64,000 nucleotides of DNA from Podarcis muralis (GCF_964188315.1 NC_135660.1:46748001-46812000); one strand, 5' to 3'; counted from the stretch's first letter, positions 13,358 to 27,003 are shown. Made by a program: numbers and translations. The notes: generated by a model not told the origin, from the sequence alone.

Positions 13358-14807
13358 GCTCCCTTTATCAATGTTTAGATTTTGCAATGCCTGCATAACT
13401 GACCTGCTTTTTTGCTTATGTGTTAGATATCAGGGCCCACTGGGGTCAGAAACAAAGGGTATGGACCAATTAGGCCAACAGGCAGAATCTGGAACAGGCA
13501 GATATGGGACCAAGAGCTAGAGACAGATAACATAGTTTTAAGATGGACTGGTGGTTTTCAGGTGTGGTAAGGAGGTGGGTAAGTAAAATCTGCAGCAACT
13601 GGTGCTGGGAATAAAGTCTCTGGGCTGCCAAAGTCCCCAATTTGAGGCCCCTGGTGTGTTGTTTGTTGTTGTTGTTATATTTCTTACCCACCCCTCATCG
13701 TGAGGTTCCCTGGGGAGTGCAGTTACAACAATTTAAAAATACAGTATTAGTTAAAATAATCTAAAATAAAATAAGGAATCAATTAAAGCAAATTGCATTA
13801 CATTATATTGGAAAACACCATTATTTACTTATTACATGTGTATTTTGCCTTTCCTCCATGGAGTTCAAAGTGTTATATTATGGTTCTCCTCTGTCCTCAC
13901 ATCAACCCTGTGCAGTACATTAGGCCAAGAGACAGTAATTGGCCAAAGGTAGCCCAGTGTGTTTGTGGCTGAATGGTTATTTGAAACCTCGTGTTCCCAA
14001 GCCTTATGGTGAAGGAAAGGTAAGAAATCAAATTTAAAAAAACAACAACAAATAAATAAAAGTGAGAGTCAAGGGTGCTGACATTTCCATAGGGAGATGT
14101 CTCAGTGTCATTTCCTGAACAAAGAGACCACGAAGCATTGCATACTGAAAAGCTGGCAAGGAATTTCATAGGCCATATTTCCAGCTTGTGACATAATGGA
14201 ACAAATTGGTTTGTATGAAAGACAGCAGTCCTTAATAATTTCCCTGTCCCTCAAGTTTTGATTGTGTAGTGGTTTAAAATCAAGTTCTAAGTGAAATTTG
14301 CTTCCTCCTGACTGACATATTTTACATGGGCTTTCTACAAGTTTTAGCTCCAGAAGGCAGTGATATCCTTTTAGGTTCCACTGCTTCATTGTTCTTAATT
14401 AGGGAAGATGTGAAGCCAACACACAAAGGCGCTTTGTTCTTTAATCCCCATTAAGTTACATTAATAAAGCAAAATGTGGGAGCTACTGGCACAAAGAAAA
14501 AGGAAAAACATTTTAAGAGAAAACCACAGATGTCAGTAATGATTAAAATGAAACACTAATTAGTAATTTCCACCAACTCAAAAGTCAATCTGCATTTTGA
14601 ATGGAGGTCCTTGGCTAGCTGTAATATTGACCTTAATGGATGGGGTTGTCCCCCCCCCCCCGCTTGGATATTTTCTTTAGTAGGAATCAGGTCTGCGTGC
14701 AAATTAAACCAATTCTGAAGTTGCTGCTGAAAAGCAGTAATGCTAGTCTGCTAGTCAAACCGTGAACTGAAAGCACATGCATGAATATCCTGAGCATAAG
14801 AGTTTAC

Positions 14808-14897
14808 CTTTGGCAAAGCATACTTAGGAAGCCTCATCTGCGCAAATGCATTTCTCCGATAGGACACGTAGTAATGAGGACGGCCTCCTGATGTCAG
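14808..14897 (-). CDS. SORCS1: SORCS1 coding exon (90 bp, phase 0-0; ~human exon 8)
   Basis: Translates LTSGGRPHYYVSYRRNAFAQMRLPKYALPK. Acceptor ttgcag, donor gtaaac. Too short for the ORF track. Confidence 0.95.
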
Positions 14898-15514
14898 CTG
14901 CAACATATAACATAGTTTTCTTTTATTATCAAGGTTATTATCATCACTGTTTCATTTTTCCAAAGGCAGGGAGAAAATAATAGGCAAGCTGGAAAGGGGA
15001 ATGCAATTGCGGCAGTGACAGCTCAAAAATGGGACTGCAGTTACAGCAGGAGACAAAATAGGCATCATTCAGATTGTCAGCAGTGAAAACTGACAGCGTT
15101 AAGTGGCCTAACCTATTCAGATTGCTTGTACAGAAAGACAAAAGGGCACAGGAAAAGCTGCAAATATAAGTGCCTAGAAGCAGCCTTCTGAATCCTCATT
15201 TGAGCATGCAGCATTTGTAATCCTCGTGTCAGTGGTAGTTGTTCTTAGTTTCTAACAATCAGGACTTGAGAGTATAATGACACAACCTTTTATGTTTGTG
15301 TCAGCTTTGGGAAAACTCCCTGCCCCCTTCAAACCCAAGACCAGATTGAAAGTTTTGGTCAGCTGTCTCAAGTGTACCTAAGTGCTCTGAATTTTGCAGA
15401 GTGCTTAACACTTATTGTTACATGTTTCAAAGCAATCTGTGTTTTCAACACCTGAATGAATGAATGAAACTTAATTTCTTCTAAACTACAAAGGAAAGCT
15501 AGCTGCAACTAAGC

Positions 15515-15765
15515 CATGGGTAGGTAAACTAAGGCTTGGGGGCAGGATCCAGCCCAATCGCCTTCTAAATCTGGCCCACGGATGGTCCAAGAATCAGCGT
15601 GTTTTTACATGAGTAGAATGTGTGCTTTTATTTAAAATGTATTTCTGGGTTATTTGTGGGGCATAGGAATTCGTTCATTTTCCCTCTCCAAAATATAGTC
15701 CAGCCCCCCACATGGTCTGAGGGACAGTGGACCAGCGCCCTGCTGAAAAAATTTGCTGACCCCTG
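15515..15765 (-). mobile_element. hAT/Charlie-type MITE
   Basis: Termini catgggtaggtaaact / aatttgctgacccctg. Perfect 8-bp TSD aactaagc (15507-15514 / 15766-15773). Confidence 0.88.
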
Positions 15766-15921
15766 AACTAAGCCAATGAAACAGACTGTCCCCTCAAAAT
15801 TGGTTTAGGACAAAACAAAAGTGACACTCAGTAGCTTACACTGAGGAACATGAGTAAAAATGAATGGTCATCATCATACATTAACAACAAGGGTGATGAC
15901 TGCCATATTAAATAGAATCAG

Positions 15922-16058
15922 CAGTGGGTTGTTGTTTTTTCCAGGAGTACAAAAGGGTATTCAATACCGGCACCTCTTTTTGTTGCTAAAAAGTGTGGCA
16001 CTTACTTTAACAACTTCATTGTGAGTACCGGCACCTATTTTTCTAGAAAAAGCACTGA
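15922..16058. mobile_element. Short hAT MITE (CAGTG...CACTG termini)
   Basis: Starts cagtgggttgttgtttttt and ends aaaaaagcactg. Imperfect 8-bp TSD agaatcag / aatatcag. Confidence 0.6.
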
Positions 16059-16116
16059 ATATCAGCTTAGTCTAAGCTTAACAGTGTGGCCTTTATAAAC
16101 CACACAATAGACTTAA

Positions 16117-16191
16117 CAATGCAATGCAATGCAATGCAATGCAATGCAATGCAATGCAATGCAATGCAATGCAATGCAATGCAATGCAATG
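16117..16191. repeat. (CAATG)15 pentanucleotide microsatellite
   Basis: Perfect 75-bp array. It is the source of the MQCNA and IALHC repeats in the ORF track. Confidence 0.95.
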
Positions 16192-17153
16192 TGTACTTTT
16201 GTTTGATTATGTAACAGGCAATGGAATTTACACTTTTAACAGTACGGGTAACAATGGATGGCACTTGGTAAATTTGTTGTGGAAGAAAAAAGCAAGACAA
16301 TGTATATGTGCTCTTTTAATAGACAGGAGGGCTGGCAAAAGTTCTTCTTTGGGTGGGCAGGTGCTATGGGGGAGTCAAATTCTAGGTCAAATTCTGCTTA
16401 CCCTTATAGCTGGGAGAGACAAGTAAGACAGTATGGCAATACAGCCACGACTCCCAGTATAATCCCAGGTCAGAAATCAGAGACCTCAGAACCTCATGAA
16501 ATAGTTGGAAGCCAGATAATTTATAGCACATCTCCACTCTGCTTGCGTTTTATTTCCTTTCTCTTTGTTATGAAATGGACAGCAGCAGGAGGATAATGAA
16601 ACCTGAAACTGTTCAGATATATTCTCTGGCTTTCACCTGGAACACAGCTCAGCTGAATATATCTCATCTTCATCCTTTTCGCAATAATCATAGCCCATGC
16701 ATGACAATCATGCCTGATTACTCCTCTCAAGTACTCCCCTTCCATCTCTCTCCCTTACCCCTTACACTCCGAGCTCAAACTAATAGAAAAAAACTTGATT
16801 GTTCTGTTGCAATTGTGATATCAGAATCTGGCATACAAACTTAAAAACCTGGTGAGATGGAAGGATGCTCTTGGAATAAAATATGAGGTTGGCTGATTGG
16901 CAAGGTAGATTATTGCGGTACACATTGTGCACACTCCAGGCAAAACCCCTCATGACCCCCGCGTTGATAAGGTACTTGAGGTAGAGGCAGAAGTAAACAA
17001 TTAGCATCCCGATGGGACCAATGCTTGGCTTCGATGCACTGAAATGGAGCATTCATGCAATCTGTTTTGTTGCAAGTGTGAGGGAAGGCAGATTAAAATT
17101 CAAGGAAGGAGGACAAATGATTTGCAATCAATCAGTGGAAAAGCTGTTCAGAC

Positions 17154-17272
17154 CTGAACAAACACATAATCATCCTGGACAATGAGGGAGTCAGAGTCAA
17201 TGTATCCTGGAAAAGGTTTACTTCTTATAGCTTCAGAGCAGTTTTGCATCCTGCAGGTGATGTACTGTGCAT
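17154..17272 (-). CDS. SORCS1: SORCS1 coding exon (119 bp, phase 1-0; ~human exon 7)
   Basis: (C)AT then AQYITCRMQNCSEAIRSKPFPGYIDSDSLIVQDDYVFVQ. Acceptor tttcag, donor gtctga. The split codon C|AT joins the previous exon. Confidence 0.95.
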
Positions 17273-19689
17273 CTGAAATCACAAAAACAACAACAATGCC
17301 TTTAGCAGCTGAATACTCTCAACTTTACAATGAAATATGTTCCAAATATGCTTTCATCCTTGCAATAAATTGATGCCCTTAACTAAGATTCATCAATGTA
17401 GTTCAGAAAATAGAAGTAAAGGAATGAATTGCTCCCTCCGCACTTGCCACTGTTAGCCTACTTCGAACTGGTGGTGATGGAAAGTCTGGATAGCCAGGGT
17501 GACTTTGCTAGACATGGAAGAGATACTGGAAAAAGAAAAGAGAAAAAACTGAAACAGTGTGGTCAGAACAGCCTGTGCAGGAAACGGGAATCTCTATAAT
17601 TGTTCTCCCTGCAGCCCTTCCCTACTCTAAAGATATTTCACAGTCACTGAACTCTTTCTAGTTTCCATCCAAATTATTAAGTTGTTTTGCCAAAGCAAAA
17701 AGTCCAAATTCACCTTAAAATTCTATAAGCATGTTTCTGGAGGTTTTCCTTCCTTGTCAAGCCAACTCTAAGGGTTTGGTAGGGAACAGAGGTATGTGGT
17801 GGAGCAACTAGTGGCCATGATAGGCTGATTTAGGCCCAACATTTCCAGTGCTTTTCTCCATGGCAAAGAAAAGTAGGTATTCTTGTGTGGATGACTTTGA
17901 AAGTGGACGCATGTGTACATGCAACCCCTTTATAGAATTAAGCCTACACAACGATCCATCTCACAGTTGTCCTCTACTCTTCCATACTGCAAGAAGCAAG
18001 TGAGTAGGGTGACTAGCAGGCATCCTCCATTTAAAGGGATGGCTGGCTCAAGTGCAGTTTAAAGATAAAGAATCCTAAGATGTGGTCTTAGACAGTTAGC
18101 ACCTGGAGAGCAGAGGTCACCTGTTCACAGTCTTCCTCACAATGTACTGTGTAGCATTTCTATTTAAAGTATAGCCATTCTTTCTAAATCTGCATTCCCC
18201 ACTCCTACCACTACTCATTTAGTTGGCAAAAGAAAACAGCTAGGAACTTTTATTAAATTGTTTTAAAAGGTATCTAAAAATAGTTTCAAGAAACACAGGA
18301 CTCACTTAGGAAATACATGCAAGGCAGCAGACCCTCAAGCCTCTTTCAGAAAGAAAACATGTACAACTACTAGTACTTGAAAGGAAAGAATTAGCACAGT
18401 CATATCCAATATCAACAGTGAGGAACATGAATGACTGAGCAAGGGAATACAGCTACACGCATATAGTTAGAACATCACAGTGAATTCCTGAGTGCTCTAT
18501 CTTGATGGCAATCTACGTTTACTTGAAGGAAAGAAAATGGTGATGGGAAAGAAAACGGAAGAGGAAATGAGTTTTGAAAACACTGTCTTTCCCCTCTGCA
18601 ACAATGGGCAGCTGATTATGTAAACAATAAGTCCCTCTGCTTCATTATTTTCTCCCTAAAAAACTGCATAATCACCACAGGGACAAAGTAGCATTCTAAA
18701 CCACAGTGTTTAGCTCCCTTTGTGTATAAAAATTAATAGCAATAACTCATTAGTGCCTCAGGGATGGAAACAAAGTTTTAGTTTGGTTTGCATATGAATG
18801 CAAACCTATCTAATTTGAACTTCCCCAAACAGTCTGTAAACAGAAAGGCAACAAACATTTGAAATTCGCACTTCTCTGAAATTTGTGATGCAGTTCCCTA
18901 ACCATATAATATATATAAAAGAGCATTTATAAGAGAACCGTGTGCCTCAAAACATGTGCATTAGTGAAACTAACATATAAAAATGCATCATGTTGGGCAA
19001 AATTGCTTTCCAATACATGCCTATGAAGTAAAATCCACATACAATAATGTGTATTAGGGAAAATCTGAACTCAAAGTGGCAAAACTGAATTTCAGATTGG
19101 AAAAATGAGAAACTGGGAGAAACTAAAAATGACAGATTCATCCATCTGTACTCACTCATAGCCTCAGTTCACTGAACTCTTTCCCACATTAAGAGATTGA
19201 TCATGGCATGACATTTTGGGAATAAAAACACTCTGTTCCACTGTATTTCTAGCACCCCCCTTCCCCAAATAGCCATATGTTGGTTTCAAACCAAGGAGTG
19301 CTCCATATTATATTTAGCTGCTATATTACCAGAATGTGGGAAACATGCACACACATACCTTGCTATGCATATATAATGTGAATATGCTGATGGGAGCCTC
19401 AAGCTGCCCTGGTTCCTGGCTGTCTGAATACATAGTGACCATGAAATCAAATGGGTCTGTCTCATACATTATGAGGCACAGAGCACACTCATGCACAGTG
19501 CATCTTAATGTATGTTCACTGAGATATTTGTGCACATAACTGCAGCCTCTGTTGCAATTGGTCTCAAATATGTTGTTTTTGTAAAAGACATAAGAATATA
19601 AGAAAGTTCTGCCAAATCAGATAAAAACACTTTAGTTCAAGGGTGGCTAACCCACAGCTTGAGTGTCTTATCTGGCTTTCTCTTATCCC

Positions 19690-19858
19690 ATGCGTAGCCA
19701 AACTAAGGACTGGAGGCCAGGTCCTTTTATTTAAAATGCATCTCTGGGTTATTTGTGGGGCATAGGAATTTGTTCAATTTTTTTTTTCCAAAATACAGTC
19801 CGGCCCCCCACAAGATCTGAGGGACAGTGGACCAGCCCCCTGCTGAAAAAGTTTGCTG
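19690..19858 (-). mobile_element. Internally deleted copy of the 15515-15765 hAT MITE family
   Basis: Shares tttaaaatgcatctctgggttatttgtggggcataggaatt...gagggacagtggaccagc...tgctgaaaaa with the 15.5-kb copy. Confidence 0.8.
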
Positions 19859-22800
19859 TCTTATCCCATTCCCCTCACCTTGCAAGATCCTATCAATTCT
19901 GGCCATGGTGACAAAAGTAGACATGGCACTTTGGTGGCTGGAGAATTTTAAAACTCTCTGCCTGCCCAGCAGTCTGGTGGGGATGTAAATTGCCCCCCTC
20001 TGCTGTCATCAGATTGATCATTTGCTAAGCATGGAGGTTGAACAACTCAATTCTCTGTTAATCTGTGCAGATTAGATGGAGAGGGTGACTGTATTCTGTA
20101 TATGATTTTGTCACAACCAGTCTTAGTCACATCTGCTGCTGGCAGGGGTGGTCAAGGTTGAAAGTGATGTTTGGACTAAAGAAAGTTTGGTCCAAAGTTT
20201 GTCTGTTTCCAGGGGTGGCATACAACCATTATGACTCAAAGACAACCATGGACAGCCTTATCTTCCATGACTTTGTCTATTGTCCTTTCAGTGCTATTTA
20301 AGTCCATGACTATCACAATGAGGAAAGTGAGACAGCAAAGAAGAAAAAGAAAAAAAGGACTCAATACAAGGATTTTTAGATATTGCATTTTTACAGCTCT
20401 TTTTCAATAATTATTTCCTCTTGAGCTAGGGTAGTAGTGTTCATTGAGACACAATTCAACAACAGGTACTCTCTTGGTATGCAATCCATGAGGATTTTTT
20501 ATTTACCCAGTTATACAGGAAGCACCTCATCACTTACAGTTAATTCATGTCAATTAATATATCCCATTGCTAAGCTTTGGAATTAATTTCATTCCTTTTC
20601 TGGCACAGATGTTCTGCCTCCCACTAGTAATTGGGATGTTATGCTTCTCATTTTCAGCACTCATATACCCAACAACAGCTGCTGTTTCAATTGTTACGGT
20701 AACATTGGAAATATACCAGATCTCGACTAGCAAAAAGAGATTAAGAATTGCCACACTGGCTCTGGTCTGCATGGACTGAATAGCTAGCTGTTCGTCCCTT
20801 TGTTTTTCTAACCATCTAGAAACAGGTTGTGATACATATGTGATACATATCCGTTGATTTGGTGAAATTTACTTTCAAGTTATTTGTGCTGGATCGTGGT
20901 GGATGGGAAGCTTCTCTCTCCCAAATTCAGTCAAACTGTAGAGCTGGAGTATTCACCTTCCATTGGTGAATACTTAAAGAATGAACTGATTGAAGCAAAT
21001 CTGGACATATTTTTAACTACAGCAATTATGACTCACACAGTCAATCTAAATATGTGCCTTTACCATTGTGGCCAGTAAAGGCTATGTGTAGGCTGGTTAT
21101 AAAAGCACGTTTGATGTGCCTGGTGATCTACCTCTTTGATGAGATGCATAAGGAACAAAGATTCTTGAGCAGACGATCCTTACCGTAATATGGTATGTAC
21201 GCAGTATATGATTCCCAAGTTCCTAATATCTGTAAAGGCTTCATTCCAAGGATATCATAATACACATCAAAATATGGCACATCAGATAAAGCTCTACAGA
21301 GGCCATATGTTAACTGCCCTGTCGTTATGGAGCAGCACTTCTCTGTCAACCTAGTCTACTACTTAATGTGTAGATTTGCCTCTGCACGTCAGAAGAGTGA
21401 GCACTTGGATGAGGCTGACCGGGTGCCTTGTATTGACAGCACAATCAGATGTGGTCAAGGAACTCTCTCACTGTTTTGAGAGCAATGACCTCATCTGTTT
21501 TAAGCAGCTTCCCTCAGGTTCCACCCCAAACCACATGCTCTGCTTTTGCTAGGACAAGATGAGCACGTTGGTAGTGGGGCCCAAGCATTTTTGGGGGAAA
21601 AATCCATTCTACTATGTTCTGGGCTAAGACTTAGCGTCATTTCATAAAAGGCATTCGCTATATAAATAAGTACAACTCACAGGTTCAGAGTGGGTTTGAG
21701 GAGTAGAGATATGCAGAGAGCATCGGTGATAAGCCTGAGACATTTGAGTGGTATTTGCCCAAAATAACCTCTCATGCTTTACTAGTCCAAGGGACCTAGA
21801 GTTCAGATCCATCACCAAGAGTCTCATTGACTCTTTTCTTTTTGTTAGCTCAGGGACAGATTGTTTTGATAGAGCCTCCTAAAACATATTTCAAATACAT
21901 GGATTGTGATGAACAAAGACGAACCATAATACTAATCCAGTGCTCAGAGCCAGGATGAATACTAGGAATCACAGTTCTGTGCTTTCACCTTGGTAGTAAG
22001 TATGCATGCGCTGAGTTTGGGGAGGTTGACTTTAACTATTTAAGATGCTGCATATCAGATATTTAAATTAATGATACGGTAGCCCACAATTTAAACAATT
22101 TACTGCCCGTTATCTTCACTCTAGGCATTTAGTGGCAAAGACTCCACCACATTAACCCCCAAAGCATCTGTATTTGGGGTGACCTCAAAGAGGCAAAACT
22201 CCCCCTTCATTCTTCCCTTCTAAAACTCTTTTCTGGTTCAGTTTTAAGCTTACTGCAAGCTCGCTGTGATACCCATGGGATACAAAATGAAAGCCTGAGA
22301 TAAGCTTCACATGAGAGTCATTCAATGGAAAATGCAGAAATTGACACTACTTCCACACTCATTTATTTACTTTTAGTTAAAATGGGCTTTCAGACTTCAA
22401 GAGAAACTATTAAATATAAATATGGATTTTAGTTATTTACTTTCAAAGTGTACAGTTGATCAAAAACCCTTCAGGACTTTGCAAAAGTGTTAATGGTGGG
22501 ATTAAATTTATACATTGCAGCATTAATGCTGAATGTTATTTAAACTGATACTGGATGCTATAAATATATGCTACGCAAACTATTTACTCCACTTCTTTTT
22601 AAAACTGAACTGGATATACTTATTAACTATTTGGCATAATGTGTCTAATTTTATTCTCTGTAACTGTTCACTGAGCCTTCCACTGCAACTCTGTCAAGAT
22701 GGAATTGATCTGTTAAGGTATTTTTATACCAGCCTTCACCACAAGAAACACAGGCTTGCATACAACAAAATAAAATACAACAAAGCATAATATATTAATT

Positions 22801-23701
22801 ATTTTACTGTATACTATTGCACATAGTACAATCAATCTTAATCAATCTTATTTATGTTCCTTCCCATCTACCTCAGTTCTACCTCCGTGATAATTTCTTG
22901 GGATTCTGCCTTTTACGTAGAAGCCATCCATAGGTGAGAGAGCATGAAACCTCCAAAATCTGAGTAGCAGCCTGATCCTGTGTAAAAGCTAGTATATTCT
23001 GGCTGAGTTCAACGGCATGTTTGTTAATTTGTTTGTTTCATTTATTGGCAGCTCATTATCAAAACAATCCCACTCTGGTGTGAAAATGTTGTGGCTACAT
23101 ATAAAATACATAAAAAGAACAATAATAAAACCGAACATTAAAATCACTAAAACATACTGGTATGCAGTTTACAGGTATTCAAGAAGATGGCAGAAATGGA
23201 AAAGAAGGGCTTTCAGAAGCAAAACCAACTGAAAAATATCTGTGTCTCTCTCCCCAGCTCAGGGACAACCGCAGAGAGAAGGGAACGCTATCATTCTGAA
23301 ATGATTCCAAAGTTTGTGAGCCATTTTGTGGAGGAAAGAAGCCAAGATTCAAACTTCAAATATTACACACTTCCACAGCATCCCTAGAAAGGGCTGATCA
23401 AATGAAGCAGGCCATAAGAAGAAAAACATTTTATGCTTGTTGTTTCATTTTTATGCTTTCCTCTTGCAGATCCTACATGACTTACAAATCTTTTCTATTT
23501 CTGTATAAACTGTATTTAGCTGCAGAATATCCTTATGAATTGCAACCTACTTGAGAATGGCTTCCGCAGCACCAAACCAGACAGTAATGTGCTGCTGCTG
23601 CTGCTAGATCTCTCTGATGATATCTTAGATCTGGATGCTCTTTCCATGACCAAGTATTTACACTTGCAATAAAATGACTATGAAGAAGCAAAAGAACTTA
23701 C

Positions 23702-23766
23702 GGCCATCCACTGTCTTTGACTCCAAATGGACTATGTCTGGCTCTTTAGTAGTACCCATCCTAGAC
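23702..23766 (-). CDS. SORCS1: SORCS1 coding exon (65 bp, phase 2-1; ~human exon 6)
   Basis: (TG|G) SRMGTTKEPDIVHLESKTVDG (C|AT). Acceptor ccttttttcag-type tract, donor gtaagt. Confidence 0.95.
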
Positions 23767-25207
23767 CTGAAAAAGGAGAAATTAAAACTATAGTATCTGT
23801 ACACTGAGTTATATGGAACATTTTATAAAACATTGTGTCCATTTGCATAGCTTAAATGTTTAATGAGAAATATTTTATAATTTGTTTAGAAAACAAATTC
23901 CCCATTAATTTTCAGGCAGTTATTATTTCTCTTATGAAATGAACGTGAGATTCGGGAACAACTAGAAAATAAAATATACTTATTCGCTCATAGGATCAGC
24001 AATACCAAAATATAATACGCTCAGCATAATATGCGAATAGAAAAAAAAATGCTTTGTTAGATACATTTAAATGGGTTCTTATAGATCTGCTTTTAGGCAA
24101 TTCTCTAAAAGAAGCTTTGTGGCCATTTGCACAATGTCACATATTATTTATGGCTCATCTCTGGATGCTAAATGAGCTGAATCCAAGTGCTAGGGAGCAG
24201 CATCTGCTGTGGTGGTGGTGGTGGACTTCCAGAAGTTGCTAGACTACAACTCCCATCATCCCTGACTATTGGCCATGCCAGCTGGAGTCCAACATTGTCA
24301 GGTGGGCAGAGGCTTGTACAGTTTTGTAACAAGGAAACTACATTCCTGAGGTTTCCTTGGGAAAAGCCATGATCATTAAAGTGGTATAAGAGTGCTTTAA
24401 ATGTATGGTGTTGCTGTGACCATAAAGTTCTCCCACAAGCTACTGACAATCTGGAGATACCCTTAACCTCTGCTTTGATTTCACTGTGTCAATCTCAGTT
24501 CTGAACATTCTAGGGCCATATTCACACCATACAGGTAAAGCACTATGATACCTATTTTAACAGCCATAGTACCCCCCTCCCCAAGAATTCAAGGAGCTGA
24601 GAGTTGATAGGAAACTCCTATACCCCTCAGAAATCTATAATTTTGGGAGTAGTTTAACGATAAATCCCTCCTCCCAGGGAACTCTCCTTCTTTCCTTCTT
24701 TTTCATAGGTAAGAAAGAGCTGTTGAAAATGTCACCAGCGACTAAATTCTTGGAGAAAAGCAAGGATTTAAACTGGGCAAGGATGCTCTGAATTTTCAAG
24801 ACGTTTTGTTCATAGTAGAGAAGACAGATTCATTTCTGAAGTTCATTGGTAATTTAGCAAAATCTAAATTGTGGTTAAAAGAAAATACTTGATCCATTCA
24901 ATTTCTTAATTTTGTTCAACAAATACATCTGGAAGACCCTAACCCATCAGTAGCAATTCATGCGGAAGAACAAATACTGATCATTATTTCTTAGTAGATT
25001 TAAGTGAATAAAAAATGATTAACATTGACAGTAGTCTATATTTGCCAAAGCCTAACTAAATTAGGTGTTCTGGGGGAAGAAACCCTGAAGCTTTTGAATT
25101 ACTCTTGTCAGTACTTGCATTGGAAGTCTATCTCATCACTATGAACGTAATTCTGTTTGCAAAATAAAAAAAGATACCCATTCAACTTATATGAAAACAA
25201 GTCCAGG

Positions 25208-25390
25208 NNNNNNNNNNNNNNNNNNNNNNNNNNNNNNNNNNNNNNNNNNNNNNNNNNNNNNNNNNNNNNNNNNNNNNNNNNNNNNNNNNNNNNNNNNNNN
25301 NNNNNNNNNNNNNNNNNNNNNNNNNNNNNNNNNNNNNNNNNNNNNNNNNNNNNNNNNNNNNNNNNNNNNNNNNNNNNNNNNNNNNNNNNT
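25208..25390. other. Assembly gap (N run)
   Basis: 183 N bases. Confidence 1.
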
Positions 25391-26304
25391 AATTCAAGGA
25401 ACCCAAAATGGGCACTAATGGGAGCTTTCCCTCTATTGATAATTTTCTTTGTGTGTGTTTGCATGGGACAAGTGGAAGTGTAAATGAGCCCTCACTTGTG
25501 GCAGAATCAAAAGCAATGTGGTTTAGGCACTGAAAGCCATTAGACACATTACGAAACATTGGCTCAGGGCTTTCAAAATGTATTCTTTTTAAACGCTATT
25601 TGATTTATAAACCAGTGAAAGATTTGGACTGACTCAAAGGTTTTAGTTGAATTAATCATGTAGGTGTTATACCATTATTTAACAAAATCGTTAAAATACA
25701 TGTTAGAGCATACAAATGTGGGTAATATTCTGAGGAGATTAATAATAGTAACTGTTTTGTTTAAATGAATAGCACAGAAAAGTAATTTCAGACCTTTGCA
25801 CATCAGCCTGATTTTATTCAAATACACTTGTAAAAATACAGTACATAAATTATGTGACTAAGAAAGGTGATTCACTAACTAGTGCTTTCATGGTTAACCC
25901 TAAGTCGAGAAATCATTCTGTTTGGTTCAACTCTGAAAGATAGGGCATATTTTCTTATAAATCAGTGCTGCCCTTTCTTTCTCTAAATAAACGTTCATTT
26001 TTTAATGGTAGAAACTGTGTATTTGACAGCCATGCTATCAAGGGAGTAGATATACTGCTATCCTATGGTAGAGTTTCAATGTACATTTTGTGGGGTGGAT
26101 GCTAGGGCTGTGCATTGACCCCCTGATCTGATTTGTGCCCCCAGTTTGTAAATCCAAATTGGACCTGATCCAGTCTGGACTACTCTGACCTACCCCATAT
26201 TTGAAGCTGGATAAAAACTCAGAAAATACAAATCTCTGGAAACCCCATTGACATAATTAAACTAAAATGGCCCTAACTTTTCTGTTCCTTCACACAGACC
26301 TGAC

Positions 26305-26454
26305 CAGTGCTTTTTTTCTGGGGGTACGCAGGGGTATGCATACCCCTAAACATTTTCTGAATCTAAGTCTGGCATCATTGAGGGGCAGTATATCAATATG
26401 AGTAGGAAAATGAGAGTACCCCTAAACATATTTTTTTTTAGGAAAAAAGCACTC
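26305..26454. mobile_element. hAT MITE (TIR CAGTGCTTTTTT)
   Basis: cagtgcttttttt...aaaaaagcactc. Perfect 8-bp TSD gacctgac (26297-26304 / 26455-26462). Same family as 61475-61623. Confidence 0.88.
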
Positions 26455-26472
26455 GACCTGACAATTGGAGAT

Positions 26473-26717
26473 ATTAACCCTTAAAGAAATGATTAATTCT
26501 ATCAAATGTCTGACGGGTAGCTCCAGCGGTTTTAAAATTTACTTTTTCCAAAAAAAGAAAGTATGTTTCAAAAATACTGTGCAAATTCTCATGGTCCTAT
26601 GCTTGCTGTGTTCCTTTCATCAAGATTTTAAAAGCATATGAAGATGTTTGTTTGTTTTTAAGGCTTGAGATACTAGACATGGGCAGGCAGCATCAGGAAG
26701 ATGTTGGCAGAATATTT
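26473..26717 (+). repeat. Donor copy of a ~245-bp local direct duplication
   Basis: Aligns by eye with 30515-30752 (attaacccttaaagaaatgattaattct...gttggcagaatattt), with scattered substitutions and one divergent patch. Confidence 0.9.
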
Positions 26718-26862
26718 TGAACTACAAATTTCTACAGATCAATTCAGGACATTCTGATCCATTTGGTAGCTGCTTCAACTAAAGCAAGGTTTGATTATAT
26801 TAAACCAGCTCTTCCTTAGCAGGTGCAAATATCACCTGTAAAGCCCCAAGGCCATTGCATTT

Positions 26863-27003
26863 CATAGAATCGTAGAATTAGAAGGAACCATGAGGGCCAT
26901 TTAGTCTAACCCCCTGAAATGCAGGAATATTCTTGCCCAATGTGGGGCCCAAACCGACCACCCCGAGATTAAGAATCATATGCTCGTCTGACTGAGCTAC
27001 CCC
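26863..27003 (-). mobile_element. Short tRNA-derived SINE with CR1-type 3' tail
   Basis: Minus strand: gtagctcagtcagacgagcatatgattcttaatctcggggtggtcggtttgggccccacattgggc (tRNA-Lys-like) followed by ...ttctaattctacgattctatg (CR1 tail). Confidence 0.7.

Noticed and set aside
16067-16426. MQCNA and IALHC repeat peptides; possible CRISPR-like array
   Set aside because: A pure 5-bp microsatellite with no spacers. The DNA is eukaryotic and no cas genes are present.
19326-19535. 69-aa minus-strand ORF with a perfect AAG|GTATGT donor at 19358, a possible cassette exon in intron 6
   Set aside because: No convincing acceptor or SORCS-like sequence. The open frame ends in phase 0 while this intron is phase 1.
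25108-25559. ORFs over 100 aa containing X runs (also 44657-45042)
   Set aside because: Artefacts of N gaps.
26940-27003. tRNA-like sequences here and at SINE heads (657, 1756, 2723 etc.)
   Set aside because: Degenerate stems fused to SINE bodies and tails. These are SINE heads, not functional tRNA genes.
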